Shown: positions 1 through 8,405 of the stretch, in pieces | Position numbering within the stretch: position 1 is the stretch's first letter | Layout: the number at the start of each line of letters is the position of its first letter | Origin: Gemmatimonadota bacterium | Lineage (GTDB): Bacteria > Gemmatimonadota > Gemmatimonadetes > Palauibacterales > Palauibacteraceae | NCBI GenBank assembly: GCA_039588275.1 | Contig: JBDHAC010000032.1 | Span: forward strand, 1 to 36,948 | Reading direction: 5' to 3' | Length of the DNA: 36,948 nucleotides | Position numbers and translations under genes: made by a program | Notes under the pieces: generated by a model | Told to the model about the DNA's origin: nothing | Databases searched by the model: none | The model's input: the letters and a program-made list of their open reading frames with translations, nothing else

Positions 1-16
1 TCGCGCGTGTGTGCAT
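1..16 (-). CDS. 5' end of a gene running off the window (MHTRA...)
   Basis: ATG at 16-14 preceded by a purine-rich AAGGAAGAGAAAGA RBS-like tract; lies downstream of cytochrome b on the same strand; product unknown. Confidence 0.4.
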
Positions 17-108
17 TCTTTCTCTTCCTTGTGTATTCGAGCCCTCAATCGTCCGCCCTGACCATCATGTAGCCCGATGCCGTCACGACGCCGCTCTCCG
101 TAGCCGCC

Positions 109-1137
109 TCACATCCCGAGGTGCTGTTGGCCGGGCCCGAAGGCCCCGAACAGCCACAGCGCCAACCCGATGACTCCGAGCAGTGCCCCCAGCCACCCGA
201 TCCAGCTCCGCAGCCCCGGCCGATCGTCCGCACCCCGGTCCAGCAGCGGGACGGCGACCAGGAACGCGAGCACGGCAACCGGCCCGACAACCATCCCCCA
301 CACCCCGAGCAGGTTCTCCAGTCCATACACCCAGAGCACCGGCCAGAGCGGCTTGGTGACTTCCACACCCGCGACCGGTCGGTAGCCGAGATTCTCGGGA
401 GCGAGGAGTGAGAGCAGCCCGAGAAACGCGAAGACGAGCAGGCAGACGCCCGTCAGACGCGTCGCGTGGGTTCGGAACGTGCTGGTCTCCGAGTAATCCG
501 CGTGGATGCCGAGATGCCGGATGAGCCAGAAGTGGAGTCCCATCAATGCCAGCAACAGCAGCGGAAGAAGGTTGGTGTGCAGGCTGAAGATCCTGGCCAG
601 CAACGACGTGCTGCGAGTGAACCCCTCGGTGAAGAAGGTCCCCAGCGCGCCGACCAGCCCGCCGCCGCTCACGAAGTGCGCCAGCGCTTCGAATCCTTCC
701 TGATCGTATCGAAGGACGGTCCCGGTCACGATCAGCAGGAACACCAATCCGGCCATGGCGACCCCCGCCCACCACGTCAGCTCGCGGGGCCGCTTGTAGG
801 ATCGACGCCAGAAGACGTACGCGAGATGGGCCGAGATCGTGAGGGTGACCGCGCCGGCGGCCCAGTAGTGGAGGCTCCGGATCCAGTCGCCGAACGGGGC
901 GCGCGCGATGATGTACAGCACGCTGTCGTGCGCGCCCGCCGGGGTCGGATTGTAGAACTGAGCCAGGTACACGCCGGTGAGTAGAAGAACGACGATCAGG
1001 AACGCGGTGAGCCCACCCAGCATGTATGTCCAGCGGTTCGCCTCCCGGGGGATCGCGTACTCGAGCGCCTCCAGCGCCAGACGTCGGCCTGTGGCGCTCT
1101 CGTCAGCAGGTTCGGGCGCGGCAGCGGTATCGTTCAT
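109..1137 (-). CDS. Cytochrome b/b6 family membrane protein (bc-complex-type cytochrome b)
   Basis: LGGLT..LLLTGVYLAQFYNP; heme His pairs IRSLHYW...AHLAYVF and FSLHTNLLP...GLHFWLIR; YKRPRELTWWAG motif; multiple TM helices. Confidence 0.85.
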   Translation of the reverse strand: MNDTAAAPEPADESATGRRLALEALEYAIPREANRWTYMLGGLTAFLIVVLLLTGVYLAQFYNPTPAGAHDSVLYIIARAPFGDWIRSLHYWAAGAVTLTISAHLAYVFWRRSYKRPRELTWWAGVAMAGLVFLLIVTGTVLRYDQEGFEALAHFVSGGGLVGALGTFFTEGFTRSTSLLARIFSLHTNLLPLLLLALMGLHFWLIRHLGIHADYSETSTFRTHATRLTGVCLLVFAFLGLLSLLAPENLGYRPVAGVEVTKPLWPVLWVYGLENLLGVWGMVVGPVAVLAFLVAVPLLDRGADDRPGLRSWIGWLGALLGVIGLALWLFGAFGPGQQHLGM

Positions 1138-1291
1138 CGACTCTCACGGTGGCGAATGCTGATCGAGCGCGATGCGCTCTCCGAGTCGCGGGCAATCGCG
1201 TGGCTGGACAGGAGGCTTGCCATTTCGGCCTCGCGCCGCAAGCTCTCCAGGGCTGGACCCATGGAACGCCTTCTCACTCGAGGTATGCGGG

Positions 1292-1600
1292 ATGGAAATC
1301 GATCGCTGGGATCACGAGCGTGACGGGCCGCCGACGGAGGAGGATCTCCGCTCGAGGCTCGAGGGGTTGGGGTACAGCGTCTCTAGATACGTATATCCAC
1401 CCGGCACCTTCTTCCCCGAGCACACTCATTCCGTGGACAAGATTGACGCGGTCGTCTCGGGCCGGTTTCGGATGACGGTCGAGGGAAGGGAACTGATCCT
1501 CGAGGCGGGTGATTGTATCGCGGTGCCGCGCGGAACCACGCACAGCGCCGAGGTGGTGGGCGATCAACCCGTGGTCAGCCTGGACGCGATCCGCAGCTAG
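1292..1600 (+). CDS. Cupin domain protein
   Basis: PPGTFFPEHTH...VVSGRFRMTVEG..LEAGDCIAVPRGTTHSAEV cupin motifs; start moved to ATG 1292 (GAGG upstream). Confidence 0.8.
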   Translation: MEIDRWDHERDGPPTEEDLRSRLEGLGYSVSRYVYPPGTFFPEHTHSVDKIDAVVSGRFRMTVEGRELILEAGDCIAVPRGTTHSAEVVGDQPVVSLDAIRS

Positions 1601-1621
1601 GAGATCGCCACGGCCGCCAAG

Positions 1622-1675
1622 TCGCGGCCTTCAACTCGCGGCCTTCAAATCGCGGCCTTCAAATCGGGCCATCAG
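1622..1675. repeat. 14-bp tandem repeat TCGCGGCCTTCAAM x3 plus a degenerate 4th copy
   Basis: tcgcggccttcaac tcgcggccttcaaa tcgcggccttcaaa tcgggccatcag, between convergent genes. Confidence 0.85.
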
Positions 1676-1719
1676 ATGGGTCGCACGCCGCGCGGTCGGC
1701 GGGGCCGCGTCGGCCCCGA

Positions 1720-1995
1720 TCAGTCCGCCAGCCTCTCGCGAATCTCCGCCGGGTATTCGGGGAAGTAGCGAGCGATCTCGGAGATCTCGAACCGGCGAAG
1801 GATCGCTTCCTTCGGCTCACGCTCCAGCAGAAACCGGAACGACTCTTCGAGAAGCTTGTTCGCTCCGACCCCGCCCGCGAACCGGTCGAGCGCCGCGACG
1901 GGCACCTGTACTTCGTGGCGGGTCGAGCCCGTAAGGTCCTGCACCTCGACCGAGTAGGCATCGCCGCCGATGTGCGTCACTCGGATGTCGGTCAT
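1720..1995 (-). CDS. Conserved small hypothetical protein (91 aa)
   Basis: GGAGGAG RBS before ATG 1995; SFRFLLEREPKEAIL..F....IARYFPEY is a recurring small-protein motif. Confidence 0.75.
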   Translation of the reverse strand: MTDIRVTHIGGDAYSVEVQDLTGSTRHEVQVPVAALDRFAGGVGANKLLEESFRFLLEREPKEAILRRFEISEIARYFPEYPAEIRERLAD

Positions 1996-2127
1996 GGTCT
2001 CCTCCCTGGAGTCACCCTCGGGAGGAATGTAGGGCGTTCGCGCCCGTGGACTCCAGGCGGCCGGCTCCACGCGTTGCGGCAAACGCCCGGAGCCGGAGGC
2101 GCGCAGTCGGCTCTTGATTAGCCTGGA

Positions 2128-3903
2128 TCAGTACTGACGTTGGAACCCGAGCCGTAGCACCTGCCCGACCACCGGAGTGAACGGCGGCAGATTGGCCGGA
2201 TCGAGAAACCGCTGGTCGAAGTTCCAGTCCCGATTCGGCGGGCTGTAATACCAGCAGCAGTCGAACGGCCCCTGGGCGACCTGTGCGAACCAGAGCGAGA
2301 CCAGCGAGCCGTTGATCGTGGCCGTCCGGCCCGACCAGATCTCGAGGAAGCGCGGGTAGTTGTTCAGCCACCCGCCGCCGTCCGGCGATCCGAAGAACGG
2401 CGTTGGGCTGTGTCCGGACAGCAATGCAACCTGGATCTTCGTGTCGAACGGGGCGTTCTCTGTGGGACCTTCGCCGCTCATCGCGTCGCTCCAGGCCGCC
2501 GAGAGGATGGTGAACGCATCCGACGCGAAGGACGCCGGCTGCCAGAAGTTGTCGTCGCTGTTGTAGTCCCCCAGCACGTACAACGGCAGGTCGGTCGCGA
2601 TGGTCAAGGGTGCCTTCAGCACCGCGCCACCGCGCACCCGGACAACGGTTTGCCTATCAGCCGCCGGGGCACCGGGACCGGAGAAGTAGACGTACACGCC
2701 GCCGTTCCCGTAATCGGCGACCTGGAACTTCGTGAGGTCGATCTCGATGACGTCACGGTTCGAATTGTCGTTCTGTGATCCGCCCGCGGCGTCCTGCTCG
2801 CGATCGTCGTAGAACTGGTTAGGCGCGAACCACACCGCGGTCGGGTCGCTCAGCGCGACAGGACTCCCGGCCTGGTCGAAGAAGTCGAAGACGTACGCGT
2901 TTCCCTGAAAACGGAGCCGGATCGTGAGCCCGACGTTGCACGCGTACTTGAGTTCGGCCACAGCTTGGGCCTCGGCCCCCGTACAGGGCTGGATGAGCTC
3001 GTAAGGATCGATCCCCGTCGGGATCGGCAGGTTCAGCGGCTGGATGCCGCTCGCCCGGGTCTGGATGCGATGATCCCAGTTCGCCTTCGACCAGTCATCG
3101 AAGGATTGGTCCTGCGCCGGTGTCGGAAACGTCACCGGGTCGTCGTCGACACCGAAGTCGTGCCCGTCCTCGAGGACCTCGACCCAGCTGGCGTCGTTCT
3201 TCTGGATGTAAACGTCCAGTCCGTCGCTGCTCGCGCCGGCCGAGGCCTTGGTGTGGATGTGGAGATCCCCGGCGGCCGTCACCATGTCCCAGAAGTAGAG
3301 GCCGGTGCCGCTGTCGACGTACAGGTCGCCGTTCGAATGCACCCGGCCACGCAGATCCATCCTCGGTCCGGGGAAGTTCTCGAGGTCGTACTCGTAGAAG
3401 GCCGCGAACTGGAAGATCGGGATCGCCTGGGCGCGAGCGGCCAACTCCACGGCCGCGCGAGCGCCAGCCGGTCCCTCGACCGCAGACGTCACGAGAATGT
3501 CCTGGTCCAGGCTCACGAGGCCGGCGAACGGCCCCTGGGAGATCTGCCTGGTGGTCGGGGTGCCGCTTAGCGTCGCGCCGTAGTTGACGAACGTGTAGTC
3601 GGGGATCGTGGGGGGCGCACTCGCCGCCGCCTGGATCTCCGCCTGCGTGATCGCTCCATCGGCCAGAGCCTGACGCATTCCGGCGAGGAACTTCTCCGCG
3701 CCCGCCTCCGCCGCATACGTCGCCTGCACCGACACGTACTCGTTCGTCGCGATGCGGACCTCGGTGCGGCTCGCCAGGTGAGACGTAGCGACGACCCCGG
3801 TCAGCACGACCAGGATGAAGAGCACCATGGCCAGGGCATAGCCTCGCTGCGACCGAGGGGCCCCAGGGTGTCCGCCCAGGTTGGTCATCGGTGAGCCCAT
3901 CAT
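2128..3903 (-). CDS. Large PilX-like minor pilin/pseudopilin (~590 aa)
   Basis: RGYALAMVLFILVVLTGVV (pilin-like, lacks E5) followed by QATYAAEAGAE, typical of PilX N-terminus; ATGA overlap with upstream pilW-like stop; alternative start 3888. Confidence 0.75.
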   Translation of the reverse strand: MMGSPMTNLGGHPGAPRSQRGYALAMVLFILVVLTGVVATSHLASRTEVRIATNEYVSVQATYAAEAGAEKFLAGMRQALADGAITQAEIQAAASAPPTIPDYTFVNYGATLSGTPTTRQISQGPFAGLVSLDQDILVTSAVEGPAGARAAVELAARAQAIPIFQFAAFYEYDLENFPGPRMDLRGRVHSNGDLYVDSGTGLYFWDMVTAAGDLHIHTKASAGASSDGLDVYIQKNDASWVEVLEDGHDFGVDDDPVTFPTPAQDQSFDDWSKANWDHRIQTRASGIQPLNLPIPTGIDPYELIQPCTGAEAQAVAELKYACNVGLTIRLRFQGNAYVFDFFDQAGSPVALSDPTAVWFAPNQFYDDREQDAAGGSQNDNSNRDVIEIDLTKFQVADYGNGGVYVYFSGPGAPAADRQTVVRVRGGAVLKAPLTIATDLPLYVLGDYNSDDNFWQPASFASDAFTILSAAWSDAMSGEGPTENAPFDTKIQVALLSGHSPTPFFGSPDGGGWLNNYPRFLEIWSGRTATINGSLVSLWFAQVAQGPFDCCWYYSPPNRDWNFDQRFLDPANLPPFTPVVGQVLRLGFQRQY

Positions 3904-4889
3904 CCCCCCAGATTCCTCGTGTAGAGCTGGTTCCGCGGAGTCACGCTCAGCGAGTAGCTGCGCGCGTACGTCTGCCCACCGGCGAGGTCCTTGTCCCGCC
4001 AACGCGTCTGTGCGTCGAACGTCACCCGAACGGTGTTCACATCATCGTGATCGTTCGTGGGGTCGGCATCGCCGGCATCGGCCTCGGGGGCCGCGTCTCC
4101 GTCCGAGAACAGGAGATCGACCTGGAAGTCCGAGATCAGATCCGCGACCGGTACACGCTGCCAGGCCCCGCCCTGGTAGGAGGTGGCACGAACGAGGTAC
4201 GGGTCGGTCGGGTTGGTCGTATCCAGGAAGTACGCGACCGCCCGTACCCTGAGCCCGACCGCGTTCGCCGTGTTCGCCTGCAAGACCCAGCCGTGCGTCT
4301 CGCCGTCGACCGGCGCCACGCTGAGAGTGGCTGTCCCGATCTGCGTCGTGGGTGGCTGCCCCCCGCAGCTGCCGCCAGCGCTCCGGTTCACCCCCGTGAC
4401 ATGTGCCACACCGCGCGCGCTCCCGCTGGCCAGGTACATGAAATCTCCCGTCGCGACGTCATCGACCGGGTCGCCACAGGTGATCTTGAGGATGACCTGT
4501 GACTTCTCCAGGCCGGGGGTCGGCGCGAGAACCACGTGGTCGGGTGTGCCGGGCTCTATGTACAGGATGAACAGCGAGTCCGGCTGCCCCGCGCTCCCAT
4601 CGACGCTCGCGACGATTCCGAACGCCGTGTTCGGGTCCATGCCCTGGCCGGCCTGCTGCAGATCACGGGTGACCATGTCGGTCGCGTGACGAGCGTTCTG
4701 CTGAAGCTCGAGCCGAAGCCTCTCCGTCCGACTGCTCTCCCGGGTGAGATCCAACAATCCCAGCGAACCGGCCACCATGATAAAACCGATAAACATGGCG
4801 ATCAGCAGCTCGATGAACGTGAATCCCGCCTCGGGAGTGTCCTCGGTCCTTGCTTCTCTCATCGCCAGCACCCCCGACACCCCATTCAT
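3900..4889 (-). CDS. PilW-like minor pilin (prepilin N-terminal methylation motif)
   Basis: AG|FTFIELLIAMFIGFIMVAG; LQQNARHATDMVTRDLQQAG helix typical of PilW; start 4889 or 4862. Confidence 0.8.
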   Translation of the reverse strand: MNGVSGVLAMREARTEDTPEAGFTFIELLIAMFIGFIMVAGSLGLLDLTRESSRTERLRLELQQNARHATDMVTRDLQQAGQGMDPNTAFGIVASVDGSAGQPDSLFILYIEPGTPDHVVLAPTPGLEKSQVILKITCGDPVDDVATGDFMYLASGSARGVAHVTGVNRSAGGSCGGQPPTTQIGTATLSVAPVDGETHGWVLQANTANAVGLRVRAVAYFLDTTNPTDPYLVRATSYQGGAWQRVPVADLISDFQVDLLFSDGDAAPEADAGDADPTNDHDDVNTVRVTFDAQTRWRDKDLAGGQTYARSYSLSVTPRNQLYTRNLGG

Positions 4890-4936
4890 GCGTTGCTCGG
4901 CTCCATGCGTTGCTCGTCCACCTCGACAGCTCCGGC

Positions 4937-5332
4937 TCAATTGACGTAGGTGAGGGTGTAGATCTTCACGGTCCTCGTGCCCCCCCGACCCGTCGGATAG
5001 TCGACCGATACCGTGAATGCCTTCGTGTTCTTCCCCTCGGCCTCGTTCACTACATCCACTTTTCGCTTGAAGCGGCCCTTGCCTTTGCCCTGGTTCCCCG
5101 TCTCGCTCACCTCCTGGACGCCCTCGGATTGAACCTGGGCGGGTGGGAGCCCCCTGAGCTCCTCGATCTTTTGAATCGCCAACGCGACGGCGCGTGCCTG
5201 CTCCCTGGCATCCGAGTCAGACGACATCACCATCGCGATCCCGCCCGCTGCCGCGACTGCACCCAGCGCGAACAGGGCCACCGCCACTGTCAACTCGATG
5301 AGCGTAAAGCCCGAGCTTGATTGCTGATTCAT
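4937..5332 (-). CDS. PilV-like minor pilin
   Basis: SG|FTLIELTVAVALFALG; AVALAIQKIEELR; 131 aa; ATGA coupling to upstream gene. Confidence 0.8.
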   Translation of the reverse strand: MNQQSSSGFTLIELTVAVALFALGAVAAAGGIAMVMSSDSDAREQARAVALAIQKIEELRGLPPAQVQSEGVQEVSETGNQGKGKGRFKRKVDVVNEAEGKNTKAFTVSVDYPTGRGGTRTVKIYTLTYVN

Positions 5333-5964
5333 TTCCAGGTGTTTCCTTGCAGGTACCAAACCTTGATGAGCCCCGACTGGCTGATGGTCACCGCACGCGC
5401 CGCCGCGGGGTTCTTTTCGTGCGAGACATACACGGTGCCCATCCACAGCTGGTTGTTCGGGGCTGAGGCGACCATTCCGCGTCCGTTGAATACGATAGGG
5501 TTGGGGGACACATCGATCGGTCCGAGAATCGTACTCCCGTCCGGACCGGTGGCCGCAGCGCCGGCGTCGAACTGGACGCCGTCGGGAAGCGGAATCCCCA
5601 GCCAGCTTCCGTCCCTCTCCGCGCTCGGGAGGCTGACCGCCGCGATCTCGGCGGTGGTCCCCGTCGGTACATCGCCCGGGTTGCCGAGGTTTGCATACGC
5701 TGTGACGAAGTTCTTGGTCGGTCCCGGCTCGAAGTGGAAGTAGACGTCTCGATTCATCGAGATGGCCCGGAATCGGGCCAGCCGCATCGAATTGGCTATT
5801 GCCTCCGCGGCTCGCCCTGCGCGCGCCGTCGGACTCTCACGCAGGAAATACGGGACGGTAATGGCGCTCAAGACGCTCACGACCGCGACCACGAGGAGCA
5901 TCTCGAACAGCGAGTAGCCGCCCCATTCCCTCCCCAGCTTCCTTGTCCGCCTGACGTCGATCAC
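5329..5964 (-). CDS. FimT/FimU (GspH-like) minor pilin
   Basis: GG|YSLFEMLLVVAVVSVLSAITVP; SMRLARFRAIS; IVFNGRG; ARAVTISQSGLIKV; GTG start 5964 with GGAG upstream (alternative ATG 6027). Confidence 0.8.
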   Translation of the reverse strand: MIDVRRTRKLGREWGGYSLFEMLLVVAVVSVLSAITVPYFLRESPTARAGRAAEAIANSMRLARFRAISMNRDVYFHFEPGPTKNFVTAYANLGNPGDVPTGTTAEIAAVSLPSAERDGSWLGIPLPDGVQFDAGAAATGPDGSTILGPIDVSPNPIVFNGRGMVASAPNNQLWMGTVYVSHEKNPAAARAVTISQSGLIKVWYLQGNTWK

Positions 5965-6307
5965 CGTGCTCCGGCTCCGCCGATCCCTCGTAATCTCCAC
6001 TCTGCGGGCAGTCCGGCGCTCCGTCATCGCTGTCGAAAACGCCCCACCACCCGCGGCATTCGGGGTCATCTTCGGAGCACAAGCCGAACCTAAACGTGGC
6101 ACGTATGTAACAGGCCTCATAGCAACGCGTTACCTTGACTCAGGAGAGCCCTTGCGGTCCGGGAGCAACAGGCGGGCTCGTGCAACCTGCATGGCAGGCG
6201 CGAGGTTTTGCGAAACGGGCTACCTTCGATTCAGCGGAACGAGCGGTCGGCTCGGTTGGCCGAGCCCATCCACACGCGGAGAAACCTGGACGCACGGAGA
6301 CCGCAAG

Positions 6308-6739
6308 GTGATACAATCACTCGCTTTCGAGGTAGTCCTGGACTCGGCTCACGACGCGGCGGTAGACATCGTGACCGAGGCCCTCCAGGCCGAAGGCTTC
6401 GGCATCCTGACTCGAATCGATCTGCACGAGGCATTCAAGGAGAAGCTCGATATCGAATTCCGGCCCTATACGATCCTGGGGGCGTGCAATCCGCCCCTCG
6501 CCCACCGCGCCCTTTCGAGGCGACCCGAGATCGGTCTCTTGCTCCCGTGCAACGTCACGGTCGAGTCGAACGCAGAGGATGGGTCGACCGCCGGGGGCGG
6601 GACGACCGTCCGTATCAGCGATCCGCACGTGTTGATGACGACGACGGGTGGGTTCGACGCGGATCGGACGATCCTGGGAGTCGCTGCGGAAGCCCACGAG
6701 CGGTTGAGCCGGGTGGCGGACGCGCTTGCCGATCGTTGA
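6308..6739 (+). CDS. DUF302 family protein
   Basis: EGFGILTRID...YTILGACNPPLAHRAL..PEIGLLLPCNVTV signature; GTG start with GGAG RBS. Confidence 0.85.
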   Translation: MIQSLAFEVVLDSAHDAAVDIVTEALQAEGFGILTRIDLHEAFKEKLDIEFRPYTILGACNPPLAHRALSRRPEIGLLLPCNVTVESNAEDGSTAGGGTTVRISDPHVLMTTTGGFDADRTILGVAAEAHERLSRVADALADR

Positions 6740-6822
6740 GCCCTGTCGCCGAGAATCGACGACGCCCGGGGCGGAACGGCCGGGCGGGCTCGGAGTGGTG
6801 TGAAGCCGGGTCGCGGATCGGG

Positions 6823-7236
6823 CTAATAGCCGGGATACGCGGTCCGATATCGCCGGCCGGTCCGCACGTCGAAGACGTAGCGGTATTTGGTGCGCGGGTT
6901 CCGGTGGTCGTAGACGAACACCTCGACCACGTCATAGCGGTCATAGGGCCTTGCGAGCAGCCACCCCCCGCGCGGCACACGACGCTCGAGCCGACGGCAC
7001 GAGCCCTCCGGCGACTGATTCGCGAGCGGAGCGCCGGGCAACCAGATGCGGCACCTGCCGGGGGCTGGTACATAGCTGCGAGGCACCCGTAGACGGTCCA
7101 TACGAACCGCGGGGCGAGCATCGTACTCGTAGTATCGCTCCTCGTAATACGCGCCACCGTGCGCGTGCGCGCCGAACGCGTATCCGCACCCCGCGAGTAG
7201 CGGTAACAGCGCCAGAGTCGTGAGCTTGGCCCTCAT
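6823..7236 (-). CDS. Hypothetical lipoprotein, Tyr/Arg-rich
   Basis: AGGAGG RBS; signal peptide with lipobox LAGC; VPAPGRCRIWLPG..Q...GSC motif. Confidence 0.7.
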   Translation of the reverse strand: MRAKLTTLALLPLLAGCGYAFGAHAHGGAYYEERYYEYDARPAVRMDRLRVPRSYVPAPGRCRIWLPGAPLANQSPEGSCRRLERRVPRGGWLLARPYDRYDVVEVFVYDHRNPRTKYRYVFDVRTGRRYRTAYPGY

Positions 7237-7419
7237 CGCGGACCTCCTTCCCTCCATCGTCACCACTTGAAAGACGGGATGCGGACGACTCGCGTCACGA
7301 AGGTCCGCGCGCCGAACGGCCGCGAAGCGCTTCTGGCGCCGAGCGACCACGGCGGCTAGTTGAAGAAGGCCCTCACGTAGAGGTTACTGCGCGACAACCC
7401 CTTACACGCCGGAGGTCGC

Positions 7420-8307
7420 ATGCGTCACCATGCACTCACCGTCTCGACCGCCCTGCTTCTCGCGACGACCGTATCGATGCTGGGACCTCCTGCCGCGTCG
7501 CAGGCTCAGGAGGTGGGCCCCGCCAGCGGAGCGCTCGTCATCGTCGGCGGCGGGATGCGGGATCCGGTGATCGTCGAGCGCTTCATGCAGCTGGCCGGCG
7601 GGCCCGATGCGCCCATCGTGGTGATCCCCACCGCGGGAGGAGCTGAAAGCTATGACGCATCCTTCGGCGGTTTGCGGCCCTTTCACGAATACGGGGCCCG
7701 AGACGTGACGCTTCTCCATACTACCGATCCCGAGGTCGCGGACAGCGACGAATTCGTGGGGCCGATTCGTGCGGCGCGCGGCATATGGTTCACGGGTGGC
7801 CGGCAGTGGCGTCTGGCCGACGCGTACCTGGGGACGATGACCGAGCAGGCGCTGTGGGAGCTTCTGGAGCGGGGCGGCGTAATCGGTGGCTCTTCGGCGG
7901 GTGCCACCATCCAGGGGTCCTACCTGGCACGCGGTGATACGCGCACGAACGAGATCATGATGGGTGACCACGAAGAGGGCTTCGCGTTCGTGAAGAACAC
8001 GGCCATCGATCAGCACCTGCTGCGCCGCAACCGGCAATTCGATTTGATCGAGATCGTCGAGGCTCGCCCGGAGCTGCTCGGGATCGGGATCGACGAGAAC
8101 ACGGCCATCGTCGTGCGGGGTGATCGGTTCGACGTGATCGGCGAGTCTTACGTCGCCATCTATGACCACGGGCGCATGGTTGGGGAGGGAGGACGCTTCT
8201 ACTTCCTGGCCCCGGGGGATCGCTTCGATCTCGTGGAGCGGCAGCCGACCCGTACCACGCAGCAATTCCAGCCCTTGGGCCGGGTAGAGGTCAGGGCCTG
8301 GCCGTAG
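7420..8307 (+). CDS. Secreted cyanophycinase-like serine peptidase (S51)
   Basis: GGAGG RBS; signal peptide; GALVIVGGG, FTGGRQ, GGSSAGA (catalytic Ser), IDQH, GIGIDENTA. Confidence 0.85.
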   Translation: MRHHALTVSTALLLATTVSMLGPPAASQAQEVGPASGALVIVGGGMRDPVIVERFMQLAGGPDAPIVVIPTAGGAESYDASFGGLRPFHEYGARDVTLLHTTDPEVADSDEFVGPIRAARGIWFTGGRQWRLADAYLGTMTEQALWELLERGGVIGGSSAGATIQGSYLARGDTRTNEIMMGDHEEGFAFVKNTAIDQHLLRRNRQFDLIEIVEARPELLGIGIDENTAIVVRGDRFDVIGESYVAIYDHGRMVGEGGRFYFLAPGDRFDLVERQPTRTTQQFQPLGRVEVRAWP

Positions 8308-8405
8308 GAGGGTCCGGCAGGCATTTCCTGAGCGGGAAGCGCGCCCGGCTCAGGCACCGGGCGCACTGCTCACAAGCGATTAGCCTTCCAGCGCAGGTAC
8401 GAGAT

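Noticed and set aside
6090..6200. Sigma54 promoter for the pilin cassette
   Set aside because: TGGCAC at 6096 lacks the -12 TTGC, and the minus-strand TGCCATGCAGGTTGCA lacks the invariant -24 GG
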